Counted from the first letter of the stretch, positions 19,902-28,994 are shown. The stretch is 64,000 nucleotides of DNA from an uncultured Gammaproteobacteria bacterium (GCA_964442455.1 CAYTZB010000004.1:7425-71424); one strand, 5' to 3'. Numbers and translations are program-made. The notes: a model not told the origin generated them from the letters alone.

Positions 19902-20317
19902 GTCAAGGAGCAGGACAATCGCCCCACCCTTTCTGGTTGGGATCAAATAGGAAGAAAATCGTGATCGGAAAGGGTGGGGAGGAAAGTCCAGGCAGCAGGA
20001 AGCAGGGGACCCCGCGTAAGCGGGGACGGGTACCCTTCGACGTAGCTCAGGGTAGCCTGAGTAAAATCGAAGGCTAACCGCTAGTGGTCCTTCACTGAAA
20101 AGTGTAGGACACCAAACCTGAATTGACAGGGTTGGAGAGTCACAGAGACGATCATTAGTCTAAACCCTGACGGGTATGACCAATGAGTGAAACGCTGACA
20201 ATCCTCCCCGCTGCAACCTCCGAATGGTCCGCTATCAGGATGCTTCCCCGAGGACCAAAGTTGAGGGCACAGACAGATGATTGTCTAGAACAGAACCTGG
20301 CTTACTCGCTCCTTGAC
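19902..20317 (+). ncRNA. rnpB: RNase P RNA
   Basis: P1 GTCAAGGAGC...GCTCCTTGAC; GAGGAAAGTCC and AACAGAACCTGGCTTA (P4); GTGAAACG. Confidence 0.93.
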
Positions 20318-20450
20318 AAATTAAACTATAAATAGCACGAGCAAGGTTCCCGAAGGGGTTCTTACTCGCTCCTTGGCAAAAATACTATCTAGATAATGCG
20401 AGCAAGAGGAGCGTAGGCTGAAAGCCGAGAACTCTTACTCGCTCCTTGAC
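20301..20450. repeat. Three direct copies of the rnpB 3' end (CTTACTCGCTCCTTG) separated by hairpin modules
   Basis: Copies at 20301, 20361 and 20434. Confidence 0.85.
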
Positions 20451-21421
20451 CTTAAATTCCAATCTTTAAAAAACTCAACTACTGTAACTTGGGCAACAAG
20501 AAGTACGGGGACCGCCAGAATGGCTCCCATAATACCGCCAAGTTCAACTCCTACACTCAGTGCAATAAGCGTTGCAAGAGGCGGCAATCCCACGGAGCGC
20601 TCCATAACTTTGGGCACAATCACACTATTTTCTACCTGCTGAATTAAAAAATACAGCGCTGCAACGGAAATTCCTATGACCGGCGAAATGGTAAAGCCCA
20701 CGATAATCGCCGGAATTGCAGCGACAACAGGACCAACATTAGGCACTACTTCCAATAACCCTGCAAGAATAGCAAGGGGTAGAGCGAAGTGAACACCTAA
20801 AAGTCGGAGTCCCGTATAAGTAAGAAGGCCAATTATTGTCATAAGTAGCAGCTCACCTCGTACCCAGCCACCGAGTCGCCGCTCAAGTGTGGCAAGAAAT
20901 GTTTTCGTGCGAACTCCGTCTTTACCAAAAAGGAATACTACCCTACGGTCCAAATTACCCCACTCTAAAAGCAAGTAAAAGGCCAGTACAAGAACGATAA
21001 AAACAGCAATTATGTTTGAAAAAAGTGATATGACAAATTGAAAGATATTTGCAGGAATCCGCCCGAGATTGACGAGCTGTTGCGAGATGAGATTTTGATC
21101 CACCCCCACAACACCAAGCCGAGTCATATATTCCGGTAAACGTGAGACGAGTACGCTTGTCTGATCAATAAGAGGAGGAATAATACTTACTGCCACGCCT
21201 AACACAACTCCAAGCACGAACAAGTAAACAAGAAGAATTGCAACTGGACGAGGGATACGAAATCTTGTTAACCGGAGAACGAGAGGATTAAACGCAGTTG
21301 CAAGGATAAAGGCAATAAACAGTGCGAGAATCACCGACCGAATCTGCCACAGTAACCACAAGCCAATAAGAAAAAGAACGGTAAAGACAATAGTACGATG
21401 GGAAATTTCAATGGTTCTCAT
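20435..21421 (-). CDS. AI-2E family transporter
   Basis: Multi-TM; LEVVPNVGP, QQVENSVIVPKVM. Confidence 0.92.
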   Translation of the reverse strand: MRTIEISHRTIVFTVLFLIGLWLLWQIRSVILALFIAFILATAFNPLVLRLTRFRIPRPVAILLVYLFVLGVVLGVAVSIIPPLIDQTSVLVSRLPEYMTRLGVVGVDQNLISQQLVNLGRIPANIFQFVISLFSNIIAVFIVLVLAFYLLLEWGNLDRRVVFLFGKDGVRTKTFLATLERRLGGWVRGELLLMTIIGLLTYTGLRLLGVHFALPLAILAGLLEVVPNVGPVVAAIPAIIVGFTISPVIGISVAALYFLIQQVENSVIVPKVMERSVGLPPLATLIALSVGVELGGIMGAILAVPVLLVAQVTVVEFFKDWNLRSRSE

Positions 21422-21500
21422 AGTTAAATAGTTAAATGGCTACATGGCTTCATTATTCAATTGTTTAAAACCATGTAACCATGAAACAATGTAACAATTT
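21421..21500. repeat. 8-nt periodic inverted array
   Basis: TAGTTAAA TAGTTAAA TGGCTACA TGGCTTCA ... AACCATGT AACCATGA AACAATGT; sibling at about 39120-39185. Confidence 0.7.
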
Positions 21501-21501
21501 T

Positions 21502-22455
21502 TCATCTCCTATTGTACCATGCCTGAACCTTTTTCTCCACGTCTTCCTCCCACCTTTTCTTTGTTACATCAAACCACTGGATTCTTTTATCTCTCTTAAA
21601 CCAGGTTAATTGTCTCCTCGCATAGTGCCATTCATCTACTTTCCACCTTTCAACCACTTCTTCCTTTTTTGATTTTCCTTCAAAATACGGTTTCCATTGG
21701 CGATATCCCAACGCATTCATTGCTTGAAAATTCCAGCCCACCCCACTACCCAAAAGCTTCATCACCTCATCCTCAGCACCCTTTATAACCCACTTTTCAA
21801 TGCGTCGTTCAATTCTCTGGCGCAATATATTGTACGAGCAAACCAAACCAATCATTACAACCTTTAAATTTTTCCACTTTTTCCCAGACACTTCTTTAAC
21901 TCCCATTTGCGCAATTTCAATTTTTCGAATTAAACGTTGTTTATTTTTACGCTCAGAAACATTAAGAGTATTTGCGGTGTCAGGAGACAAATGAAATAAA
22001 ATATTAAAAAGTTCTTCTGCACTCTTTTTTTCATATGCTGCCCGAAGTTGGGGATGTGGAGGAACGCCCAACGTATCTATTCCATCAATCATAGCTTTGA
22101 CGTACAAACCCGTCCCACCGACAAGAATTGGTAGCTTTTCCCTCTTCCAGATATCCTCAATAACTTTGTGCGCCCGCTCATGATACTCGGCAACAGAAAA
22201 AGAGTGTGTCGGCTCGACGACATCCAACATCCACACTGGAATACTATCAAATAAATAATACCCAAGTTTGGAGTTTTTGAGTTTTTGATACGTGGAGTTT
22301 TTGGGTAAATCCTTTCCCGTCGCAATGTCCATCCCACGATACACTTGCCGCGAGTCGACCGACACCATCTCTCCATCAAACTTTTTCGCAAGTCGTACAC
22401 CAAGTTGTGTCTTTCCAGTAGCAGTAGGTCCACAGATTACCAGAAGTTTCATCAT
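21502..22455 (-). CDS. miaA: tRNA dimethylallyltransferase
   Basis: GPTATGKT, DSRQVYRGMDI, VGGTGLY, YARRQLTWF. Confidence 0.96.
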   Translation of the reverse strand: MMKLLVICGPTATGKTQLGVRLAKKFDGEMVSVDSRQVYRGMDIATGKDLPKNSTYQKLKNSKLGYYLFDSIPVWMLDVVEPTHSFSVAEYHERAHKVIEDIWKREKLPILVGGTGLYVKAMIDGIDTLGVPPHPQLRAAYEKKSAEELFNILFHLSPDTANTLNVSERKNKQRLIRKIEIAQMGVKEVSGKKWKNLKVVMIGLVCSYNILRQRIERRIEKWVIKGAEDEVMKLLGSGVGWNFQAMNALGYRQWKPYFEGKSKKEEVVERWKVDEWHYARRQLTWFKRDKRIQWFDVTKKRWEEDVEKKVQAWYNRR

Positions 22456-22457
22456 TT

Positions 22458-23249
22458 TTAACTACTTGCACTTGAATAATTTTTCAGTGCCCAGTGCCAA
22501 AAGAAAAGTGATAAGCGAAAAGCGACAATGGAGAACAGGAAAGAATAGACTATAATCGGCCACTCAAGAATCCCCATTAATGTTTTCGCCGGAACCGTCA
22601 TCATAAGACCAACCGGAATGGCAAATGTTAAGAGCCCTCGAATGGGTTCTTTATAGAAATCAATTGGCACCCTCGCCATTGCAGTTAAATCGCGATAAAT
22701 CCACATCGTGTGGTCAATTGCAGTCGTCACTACTCCAAGAGCCAGAACTGCAATATGAAACGCTGTGGCAAAAAGGAGCGCATTACCCAACAACACAAGA
22801 TAAGCTACCAGAGAAAGAGATGAAGGGTGGAGATTGGCACCAACCGCAACTACCAATATAAGAAGCGGTGGAAGTGTGAGCAAATCCAAAATATCTATCC
22901 GCCCCAGCAGGGCGCGGAAAAGAGGATTCACTGGTCGAGACAGCACCAAGTCAAAACCTCCCGTCACGATTTGTGCTCTAAACCAATATACTTCGCGAAA
23001 GAGCATTTGAGAAACGACATCAACTAAATTAAAGGTTAAGAAAAAGAAGATAACCTGAGTGGTGGTATATCCCGCAAGAGCTTGGGTTCTCTGTGAAAGG
23101 ATAAAGAGGAATAAAAAGAAAAAGAGAAAACGAAGAATCTTGCCCGCAAGGAAAAGGACAGCCCCCGCTCTATTAGAAAGTGCAGTTGAAAACGCCGTCC
23201 TAGAACTCACCCACCACACACCCAGATACTTAGAAATTTTAATGGTCAT
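22458..23249 (-). CDS. ABC-2 family permease
   Basis: Multi-TM; GGFDLVLSRPV; ends YSSASS. Confidence 0.88.
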   Translation of the reverse strand: MTIKISKYLGVWWVSSRTAFSTALSNRAGAVLFLAGKILRFLFFFLFLFILSQRTQALAGYTTTQVIFFFLTFNLVDVVSQMLFREVYWFRAQIVTGGFDLVLSRPVNPLFRALLGRIDILDLLTLPPLLILVVAVGANLHPSSLSLVAYLVLLGNALLFATAFHIAVLALGVVTTAIDHTMWIYRDLTAMARVPIDFYKEPIRGLLTFAIPVGLMMTVPAKTLMGILEWPIIVYSFLFSIVAFRLSLFFWHWALKNYSSASS

Positions 23250-24058
23250 CTCCCTTCAGCTCCATAGGTACGCAACCCCCTCATCCATACCGCCTGCACT
23301 GCCCACATAAAGAACACTGTCCACAAGACAAGCACTCCAAATCCCATCAGTATTTCATTAAAGCCAAGCTGTCCCAAATAAATTTTTGCCGGGAAGAAAA
23401 GCATATAGGGAAAAGGTGTTAGTTGTAACGCACGGAATACTGTGGAGGGCAAAATATCAAGCGGGAAAAAACCACCGGCTAAAAATTCGAGTGTCATCAT
23501 GGCAAGAAACCGAATTCCCCACGCTTCAGCAACCCAAAATGCCGCCATTGAAAGAAGGAATGAAAAATAGAAATAAAGAATAAGGGCAAGAAGCGATGCG
23601 GCAAGAGTTGCTAACACTAACACAATGTTCGACTGAAGTATTAATGGGGGTTGAAAAAGAAACCAAAGAAGTGAAAGTTCGACCAGAGCAAACGCAATAT
23701 TTAACACCTTATCCGCAGCATCGCGTGCCCACCACCACCCGATGTAAGACAGCGGCCGAAGAAGAAAGTTCGTTAATTCCCCATCGCGAATATCACCCGC
23801 CACATCTCCCACGCTGCGCGAAGAAAGAACAAGTGAACGCAAGAACGCAACACTTATGATATAGGTCAAAATTTGAGCTCTTTCATACCCAAATACCACC
23901 TCCTGCTGCAAAAAGACAGTTGACCACAGAAAATAAAGGAGAAGAATTTGTAATACCACACGCACTCGCCACAATACAAAGTTGAGCTTCCATACAAACA
24001 TTTCTGATATACTCACCACGAAGACCTGATAATATTTTCGAAGACTATTCAAAAGCAT
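23246..24058 (-). CDS. ABC-2 family permease
   Basis: IRDGELTNFLLRP, GGFFPLD, ends YGAEGR. Confidence 0.88.
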   Translation of the reverse strand: MLLNSLRKYYQVFVVSISEMFVWKLNFVLWRVRVVLQILLLYFLWSTVFLQQEVVFGYERAQILTYIISVAFLRSLVLSSRSVGDVAGDIRDGELTNFLLRPLSYIGWWWARDAADKVLNIAFALVELSLLWFLFQPPLILQSNIVLVLATLAASLLALILYFYFSFLLSMAAFWVAEAWGIRFLAMMTLEFLAGGFFPLDILPSTVFRALQLTPFPYMLFFPAKIYLGQLGFNEILMGFGVLVLWTVFFMWAVQAVWMRGLRTYGAEGR

Positions 24059-24087
24059 ATACTTATCTTACTTAAAGTTTTTAACTT

Positions 24088-25083
24088 TTAAGCCTGCCTG
24101 CCGGCAGGCAGGGTATTCGTAAAAATCTTCCGAATAACTTCTTCAATTGGTGGTTCTTCAATCGTTACATCGGCAACGGAGAAATTTTGGAGAAGGCGTG
24201 CCGCCGCTCCCGGTGCCGCAGCGCGAGGAATACGAATTTCAACCCGAGGAAACTGATAGGAGATTACCTCACCTATTTCAGATAATTCTTGCATATTTGG
24301 TTCGTTCGTGAGCAGCGCGCGTATTACCTTCTCATTTACCCATCGCTCTACAATTTTTGCCAAACTTCCCTCAAAAATAAGTCTTCCCTCATTGATGATG
24401 CAGACACGACTTGCAAGTTTGGCAATATCACCCATATAGTGACTGGTCAAAAGCACCGTCGCTCCCGTCTTTTTATTGTAGGCAGTAATAAATTCCCTAA
24501 TATTCTGCGCTGCAACTACATCAAGTCCAATGGTGGGTTCATCCAAAAAAAGAATTCGAGGGCGGTGAAGCAGCGTTGCAACCAATTCCAGTCGCATGCG
24601 CTGACCGAGCGAGAGTTTGCGCACTGGGGTTGTAAGAAGTTGTTCTACCTCTAAAAGGGATACAAGCTCTTCTAATGTTTGCTTGAACTCAACTTTCGGG
24701 ATCTCGTAAATTGCACGGTTAAGAAGAAACGAATCCATCGCAGGCAACTCCCAGAGCAGTTGATTTTTTTGCCCCATCACGAGCGTTATTTTTTTTAAGA
24801 ATTCTTCCTCTCGTCTCCAGGGAATATGCCCTGCCACTCGTGCCTTCCCCGCGGTTGGATAAAGAACACCGGAGAGTATTTTCAGTGTTGTAGTTTTACC
24901 CGCACCATTTGGTCCAATAAATCCTACAAGCTCTCCTTCGTCAATTGTGAAGGAAATATCATCGACGGCTCGAACGATTTTCTTTTTGGGCTGAAAGAAT
25001 GAACTAACTACCCCTAGAAGTCCTGCTTCTCTTTGGGGAACAGAGAAGTGTTTCTTGAGATTCTCAATCTGAACCGCAACCAC
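24088..25083 (-). CDS. ABC transporter ATP-binding protein
   Basis: GPNGAGKTT, LSLGQ, LFLDEPT, TSH. Confidence 0.95.
   Translation of the reverse strand: MVAVQIENLKKHFSVPQREAGLLGVVSSFFQPKKKIVRAVDDISFTIDEGELVGFIGPNGAGKTTTLKILSGVLYPTAGKARVAGHIPWRREEEFLKKITLVMGQKNQLLWELPAMDSFLLNRAIYEIPKVEFKQTLEELVSLLEVEQLLTTPVRKLSLGQRMRLELVATLLHRPRILFLDEPTIGLDVVAAQNIREFITAYNKKTGATVLLTSHYMGDIAKLASRVCIINEGRLIFEGSLAKIVERWVNEKVIRALLTNEPNMQELSEIGEVISYQFPRVEIRIPRAAAPGAAARLLQNFSVADVTIEEPPIEEVIRKIFTNTLPAGRQA
24093..24112. repeat. Perfect 20-bp palindrome CCTGCCTGCCGGCAGGCAGG
   Basis: Seen directly; encodes the C-terminal LPAGRQ of the ABC ATPase. Confidence 0.85.
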
Positions 25084-25101
25084 AAGGCAAGTATAGCAGA
25101 A

Positions 25102-25377
25102 TTACTTCTTAATTATCCTCTTTAATGTTTTGCCGGGGATGAAGCGAGGAAGGCGATGAGCTGGGACTTGTCGCTCAACTCCACTCTTTGGAACAATCAC
25201 TCGCTTTGCTCTCATTTGAATAACATGGAAGGTTCCAAATCCCGAAAGTACAATTCGTTCGCCTTTCTGAAGCTGGCGAACAACTTCTTCCAAGAATGTC
25301 TCAACTGCTTCAGTCGCCGCTCTTTTGGTCAAATGAGCTTTGCGTGCAACTATGTCAATCAATTGCCGTTTCGTCAT
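25102..25377 (-). CDS. hup: HU family DNA-binding protein
   Basis: MTKRQLI, LSGFGTF, PRFIPGKTLK. Confidence 0.92.
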   Translation of the reverse strand: MTKRQLIDIVARKAHLTKRAATEAVETFLEEVVRQLQKGERIVLSGFGTFHVIQMRAKRVIVPKSGVERQVPAHRLPRFIPGKTLKRIIKK

Positions 25378-25423
25378 TGAGGAGAGAATATATTAAGGAA
25401 GGTAATTTGTCAAGCCTTCAACG

Positions 25424-26617
25424 TTACTTTGCTTTCGTTGTAGCCTCAGTTCGGGACTCTCGTATAAGTGTCACCTTAATTTGTCCTGCATACGCGACTT
25501 TCTCCTCAAGTGTTTTGGCAATATCATGAGCAAGCACAGTCAGCTCGCTATCCGAAACTTCCTCTGGACGGACCAAGACCCGCACTTCCCGTCCGGCTTG
25601 GAACGCAAAGGCCTGCTCAACTCCTGGGAATCCCTTCACGATATTCTCAATCTGTTCCATGTGCTTGGCATAATCCTCAAATGGCTCATACCGTGCGCCT
25701 GGGCGCGCACCTGATATGGCATCAGCAATCCAAACAACCACTGACTCAACAGTGGAGAACGGTTTATCCTCATGATGTTCACCAATTGCGTTCACCACTC
25801 GCTCAGGTAGCCCAAACTTTTTAGCCACAGAAACTCCAAGCTCAACGTGAGTCCCTTCTTCCTCTGAAACCACCTTTCCAATATCGCACAAAAGACACGC
25901 AAGTCTGACCGTATCGACATCCGCACCCACATCTTTTGCAATTTGTACACCGATTTTTACTTGTTCAATCTGATGGAATGCGAGGTTTTGACCATAGGAT
26001 GTCCTAAACCGGTAACGACCAATGAGGTGAAGAAGCTCTAACGGTAGGTTATAAATACCCACATCATGGGCAATCTTTTTTCCTTCCTCAAGGAGCACCT
26101 GGTCCATCTTTGCGCGAGTTTGGGCAACAATCTCCTCAATCCTTGCCGGCTGGATACGAGTATCTCGAATGAGTTGTTCAAGCGCCCGTCGGGCAATCTC
26201 ACGCCTTATTGGGTCAAACGAAGAAATTCGAATGTCATTTGTCTCGTCAATCTCAATCTCAGTTCCCGTTGCATGCTCGAACGCTCTAATATTCCTTCCT
26301 TCTCGACCAATTATTCTTCCTTTTATTTCTTCATCAGGAACACGAATAGTAGAAACCGTGTACTCAGCAACGTAGGAGGTCGCTCCATGCTGCATTGCCT
26401 CAACAAGAACCTCACGCGCCTTTTCTTCCGACTCCAGTTTTATTTTCTCTTCAGACGCTCGTATACGTTTTGCAACCTCGGTCGCTAATTCTTTCTCAAC
26501 TTCAGCAAGCAGCTGCTGTCGTGCCTCTTCTTTCGTTAAACCGGATAGCTTCTCGAGTTTTACAATATAATCGTCCCTTCGACTTTGCTCAGGGTAAACT
26601 TTCGTGGTTTTTACCAT
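25424..26617 (-). CDS. rny: Ribonuclease Y (KH + HD), no N-terminal TM, HD changed to CD
   Basis: KGRIIGREGRNIR, FRTSYGQN, ADAISGARPGAR, FQAGREVRV; start placed at ATG 26617. Confidence 0.9.
   Translation of the reverse strand: MVKTTKVYPEQSRRDDYIVKLEKLSGLTKEEARQQLLAEVEKELATEVAKRIRASEEKIKLESEEKAREVLVEAMQHGATSYVAEYTVSTIRVPDEEIKGRIIGREGRNIRAFEHATGTEIEIDETNDIRISSFDPIRREIARRALEQLIRDTRIQPARIEEIVAQTRAKMDQVLLEEGKKIAHDVGIYNLPLELLHLIGRYRFRTSYGQNLAFHQIEQVKIGVQIAKDVGADVDTVRLACLLCDIGKVVSEEEGTHVELGVSVAKKFGLPERVVNAIGEHHEDKPFSTVESVVVWIADAISGARPGARYEPFEDYAKHMEQIENIVKGFPGVEQAFAFQAGREVRVLVRPEEVSDSELTVLAHDIAKTLEEKVAYAGQIKVTLIRESRTEATTKAK
26575..26599. repeat. CCCTTCGACTTTGCTCAGGGTAAAC element, in frame in the rny N-terminus
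   Basis: Encodes VYPEQSRR; same family as 9878, 20033 and 26726. Confidence 0.8.
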
Positions 26618-26624
26618 CTTACGT

Positions 26625-26795
26625 GGAGGACTACGAAGAAAAGGAGAGACAAAGATTATGCTATCAACGCGATAGGAAGATACACCTGTGAAAACAGGCA
26701 CACCCAATTTCTCTGACAGTAACTCACCCCTTCAACTCCGTTCAGGGTGACCCTGAGTGAAATTGAATGGGTCATCTTGTACTCCATAGTTCTCC
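26625..26795 (-). ncRNA. ssrS: Candidate 6S RNA (long irregular rod) upstream of rny
   Basis: Closing stem GGAGAACTATGGAG/CTTCGTAGTCCTCC, inner stem CTGTCAG/TTGATAG, apical stem GGGTGTGCCTGT-TTTC-ACAGGTGTATCT; own promoter; 6S-rny adjacency is known in other bacteria. Confidence 0.5.
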
Positions 26796-26804
26796 TAAAT
26801 TAGG

Positions 26805-26834
26805 AGTATACTGTAAATTGGCAACTTACGTCAA
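26805..26834 (-). promoter_or_regulatory. Sigma70-type promoter for the ncRNA candidate and rny
   Basis: TTGACG-N18-TATACT. Confidence 0.65.
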
Positions 26835-26837
26835 TAA

Positions 26838-27281
26838 GTGGAAACAATGGAAACAATTTCTATAGGTGTGGAGAAGACTGGAATCATTCTCCTCATCATA
26901 ACTGCCACTCTTATAACAGCAATTGCGACAATTGAAGCGGGGTATGTTACCCAACTCAAAGATAAATTACGCCGCATGGCCGGAAAGGATCAACCTGCCC
27001 AAAAAAGATTTCGTGCAGCTGTTGAAGATTTTAAAAGGGCAGAAAACACCTTCAGATTTCTCTTGCTCGGATTTTACTTATTTTCTCTTGCAGCATGGCT
27101 TGTTTTCTTAACAGCAGTCATTATTAGCTTTACGGAGTTTATGGATCAAAAAGATGTTGCGTGGGTTTTTATCACTTTTACAAGCTTACTATTATTTATG
27201 GGTTGGACTTTTCTCATAATTGTGGCAGTAATAAGCTATAGCTGGCGTGATCCGGCGGGTGTTCGAGACAAAAATATTTAG
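26838..27281 (+). CDS. Hypothetical membrane protein
   Basis: 147 aa, three hydrophobic segments. Confidence 0.65.
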   Translation: METMETISIGVEKTGIILLIITATLITAIATIEAGYVTQLKDKLRRMAGKDQPAQKRFRAAVEDFKRAENTFRFLLLGFYLFSLAAWLVFLTAVIISFTEFMDQKDVAWVFITFTSLLLFMGWTFLIIVAVISYSWRDPAGVRDKNI

Positions 27282-27395
27282 CGTTTGTGGCTAGTGGGGA
27301 TTTTTAAATGGAGAAATTAATTCAAGAATCTCTTAATAATATTCCATCCAAACCCGCGGCTTGTGAGGAGATCCATAGTCTACTTGTGTTGTAAT

Positions 27396-28511
27396 TTAAT
27401 CTTTGGGTATTGGGATTTCGTAGTACTCACAATAACCACGAATGAGTTGTGGAACGTTCGTTTCAACTTTCCTTCCAGGTTGTGATTCATTAACAACCAC
27501 CCATGGATCTCTATGCATTCCCATCTCAAACGCTTTCTCGATTTCTTGTCGAATTTGCGCTTGGACTCTTCTTCGCCCCTCAGTTACTGGAATTGACCTA
27601 ACGATTCTCAAATCTTCCTCATCTTCTCTCACTTGCCGCTCATACGAAGGATCATCCAATCCCAAAGTAATTCTTGGCAATCTGATTCCTCTAATTCCTG
27701 CTAATCTTGCTATTAATTCCTCTTCCTTCCCAACCAACTCTTCAATATTTTCTAAAATTGCAAATTTTCTTTTTTGGATCTCATTATGTACTACCTTTTG
27801 AACTGACGGGGGGAGGTTGCTAGGTTTCTCTAAGGCTCGTTGTGCTCTTTCATATAAAACTAAAATATCAACATCTCGAAGTCTTTCTTCTTGACTTCGT
27901 GTGAGAAAGTCATCGTACCCTCGCTCCATCGACCAATATTCATACGCCATATTCTTTTTAGAACGGTCTAAAAACCATTTATAAACTGCTTCATCGCCCA
28001 CTATCACTTGAAAGGTTGCAGCTCCCAAAGCACCTCCGGGGTTCTTACGCGAAAGAGGCCTATCCAAAAATATAAGACTCGTTTCAAAACCTCGGATTGA
28101 ATCCTCCCTTGTTCTTACACCATCTCTCCTTGGATAGCTATTAATAATGGCATGTTTTGGTGTAACAATACCTAGGTCAATAGCATATCCTGGATGAAGT
28201 TCTAGAAACGGTGGTGTAACAATGCCTACATATAATTCTTCTATAATGTTCTCTCTCTCCCAATGCTGAGAAGCCATCAAAACAAACTCCCCTGGATGGT
28301 TTGTAAGATTATCCTCTAGCTGATGGAGTCTTTGTTCTAGGGATTCATTAATACCATGCCATGCTACCACGTGGTCACGTATTCTATCCCCAGTGGTTTC
28401 ACCCCCTCGTAATCGTTCTTGAAATTGTTGAAGTGACTCTTGAAGGTGGGTTTGTTCTCCCTGGTTAGACTGAGTTAACTGTTTAAGTCTGTCGTATTCC
28501 GCTTGCGCCAT
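27396..28511 (-). CDS. Hypothetical protein
   Basis: 371-aa ORF, helical and charged; TATAAT just upstream. Confidence 0.75.
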   Translation of the reverse strand: MAQAEYDRLKQLTQSNQGEQTHLQESLQQFQERLRGGETTGDRIRDHVVAWHGINESLEQRLHQLEDNLTNHPGEFVLMASQHWERENIIEELYVGIVTPPFLELHPGYAIDLGIVTPKHAIINSYPRRDGVRTREDSIRGFETSLIFLDRPLSRKNPGGALGAATFQVIVGDEAVYKWFLDRSKKNMAYEYWSMERGYDDFLTRSQEERLRDVDILVLYERAQRALEKPSNLPPSVQKVVHNEIQKRKFAILENIEELVGKEEELIARLAGIRGIRLPRITLGLDDPSYERQVREDEEDLRIVRSIPVTEGRRRVQAQIRQEIEKAFEMGMHRDPWVVVNESQPGRKVETNVPQLIRGYCEYYEIPIPKD

Positions 28512-28541
28512 ATTTATTATAGGACAGCTAAAAATAGCACC

Positions 28542-28994
28542 TCAACTAAAGCTTGTCAACCTAGAATTAATAACTTTTCGAATTACTCCCCAAGAAAATC
28601 CTCGGCTTGATAAAAAATTTACTATTTTTTTCTTTCTTGTTTCCTTGTCTAACTTTTCCCATACCCTCTTTCTCTTTTCAATTAATTGAAAAACTAGTTC
28701 TTCGTCATTTAAGCCACTTTCCGAAACCACTTTTTGTGCTAGATCTTTATCAACGCCCTTCTTTACTAGTTCAAGTATCAACATCCGCAGCGATTTGGGG
28801 CGAAAAGTGGTACGCTGTTCAATCCACCAACGGGCAAACGCTTCGTCGTCAACAAGTCCTGCTTTTTTTAATTCTTGGAGGGCTACTTTACAATCCTCCC
28901 CGCTTATTTTTTTTCGGACTAACCACCGCTTAATCTCAAATTCAGAGCGAGGACGAATGGTGGTAAATTTTATGAGGCGATCCAACAATTCCAT
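28542..28994 (-). CDS. recX: RecX regulator
   Basis: RPRSEFEI, LVDDEAFA, KKGV, FLSSRGF; downstream of recA. Confidence 0.9.
   Translation of the reverse strand: MELLDRLIKFTTIRPRSEFEIKRWLVRKKISGEDCKVALQELKKAGLVDDEAFARWWIEQRTTFRPKSLRMLILELVKKGVDKDLAQKVVSESGLNDEELVFQLIEKRKRVWEKLDKETRKKKIVNFLSSRGFSWGVIRKVINSRLTSFS

Noticed and set aside
20301-20450. Mini-CRISPR or prophage att site
   Set aside because: Only three 15-bp copies derived from the rnpB 3' end; no integrase or cargo.
26618-26707. N-terminal extension of RNase Y in the ORF track
   Set aside because: TTG start, no TM character, and it overlaps a strongly base-paired RNA candidate; ATG 26617 is more plausible.
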